From a virus (lineage: Duplodnaviria > Caudoviricetes), in the IMG/VR virus record IMGVR_UViG_3300029145_000007, positions 1 through 43,340 of that record: a DNA stretch of 43,340 bases; one strand, written 5' to 3'. The position numbers were made by a program, and so were the translations under genes. Below, in pieces: positions 43,275 to 43,340 of this stretch. The first letter of the stretch is position 1, and every line of letters starts with the position of its first letter. The notes beneath the pieces are model-generated. The model worked only from the letters and a program-made list of their open reading frames with translations, was not told the origin of the DNA and made no database searches.

Positions 43275-43340
43275 ACCCAAAACCTTGTTTTGTTAAATTT
43301 TCTTACCCAATCCGACAGCTTCCGATCGTGACTGGGAAAC
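43271..43340 (-). CDS. 3' end of a gene truncated by the window
   Basis: Open frame ...FPSHDRKLSDWVRKFNKTRFWV-stop with ATGA overlap. Confidence 0.5.
   Translation of the reverse strand, partial: FPSHDRKLSDWVRKFNKTRFWV

Larger units (their letters stand above)
1..43340 (-). mobile_element. Tailed bacteriophage (siphovirus-like) genome fragment
   Basis: Terminase-portal-protease/capsid-tail-TMP synteny plus a replication/methyltransferase module. All genes are co-oriented, with no host housekeeping genes. Confidence 0.97.

Noticed and set aside
513-43331. Plus-strand ORFs, e.g. 31542-32423, 13632-14282, 27585-28217
   Set aside because: These are antisense shadows of well-supported minus-strand genes, with no recognisable motifs.
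1-43340. Complete circular genome
   Set aside because: Joining the ends does not put the ORF starting at 132 in the frame that ends with the ATGA overlap at 43271. No terminal repeat, primase or small terminase was seen.

Overview
This window is a 43 kb piece of a tailed dsDNA (siphovirus-like) phage. Essentially all real genes are on the minus strand and are translationally coupled. From high to low coordinates it carries: a fatty-acid-hydroxylase/desaturase-family gene; terminase large subunit; a Zn-ribbon protein; a gpW-like protein; lambda-type portal; a fused prohead protease-major capsid protein; head-tail and tail genes with a -1 frameshift chaperone pair; a short tape measure; a large LamG-type adhesin; an unusual cassette at the lysis position with no recognisable endolysin (small membrane proteins, a membrane-anchored PAS protein, a class-3 lipase, a papain-like protease and secreted proteins); an XRE HTH regulator; and an early/replication region (CsrA, minimal nucleotidyltransferase, Sak4-like AAA ATPase, ParB-like protein, three DNA methyltransferases, SF2 helicase, NinG, HerA-like ATPase, ASCH, Acb2/Tad1-like helical protein). 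The C5 methyltransferase has a nested alternative-frame beta subunit. Non-coding signals read directly from the sequence include six intergenic TGTAAA-N6-TTTACA-type boxes, a repeated TGGCAACGTTGCCA palindrome, two structured leaders and two plus-strand-specific terminators. The gene set suggests a Planctomycetota host (inference). No integrase, primase, small terminase, tRNA or CRISPR array was recognised, and both ends cut ORFs. All family assignments are motif recognition by eye, not database searches.
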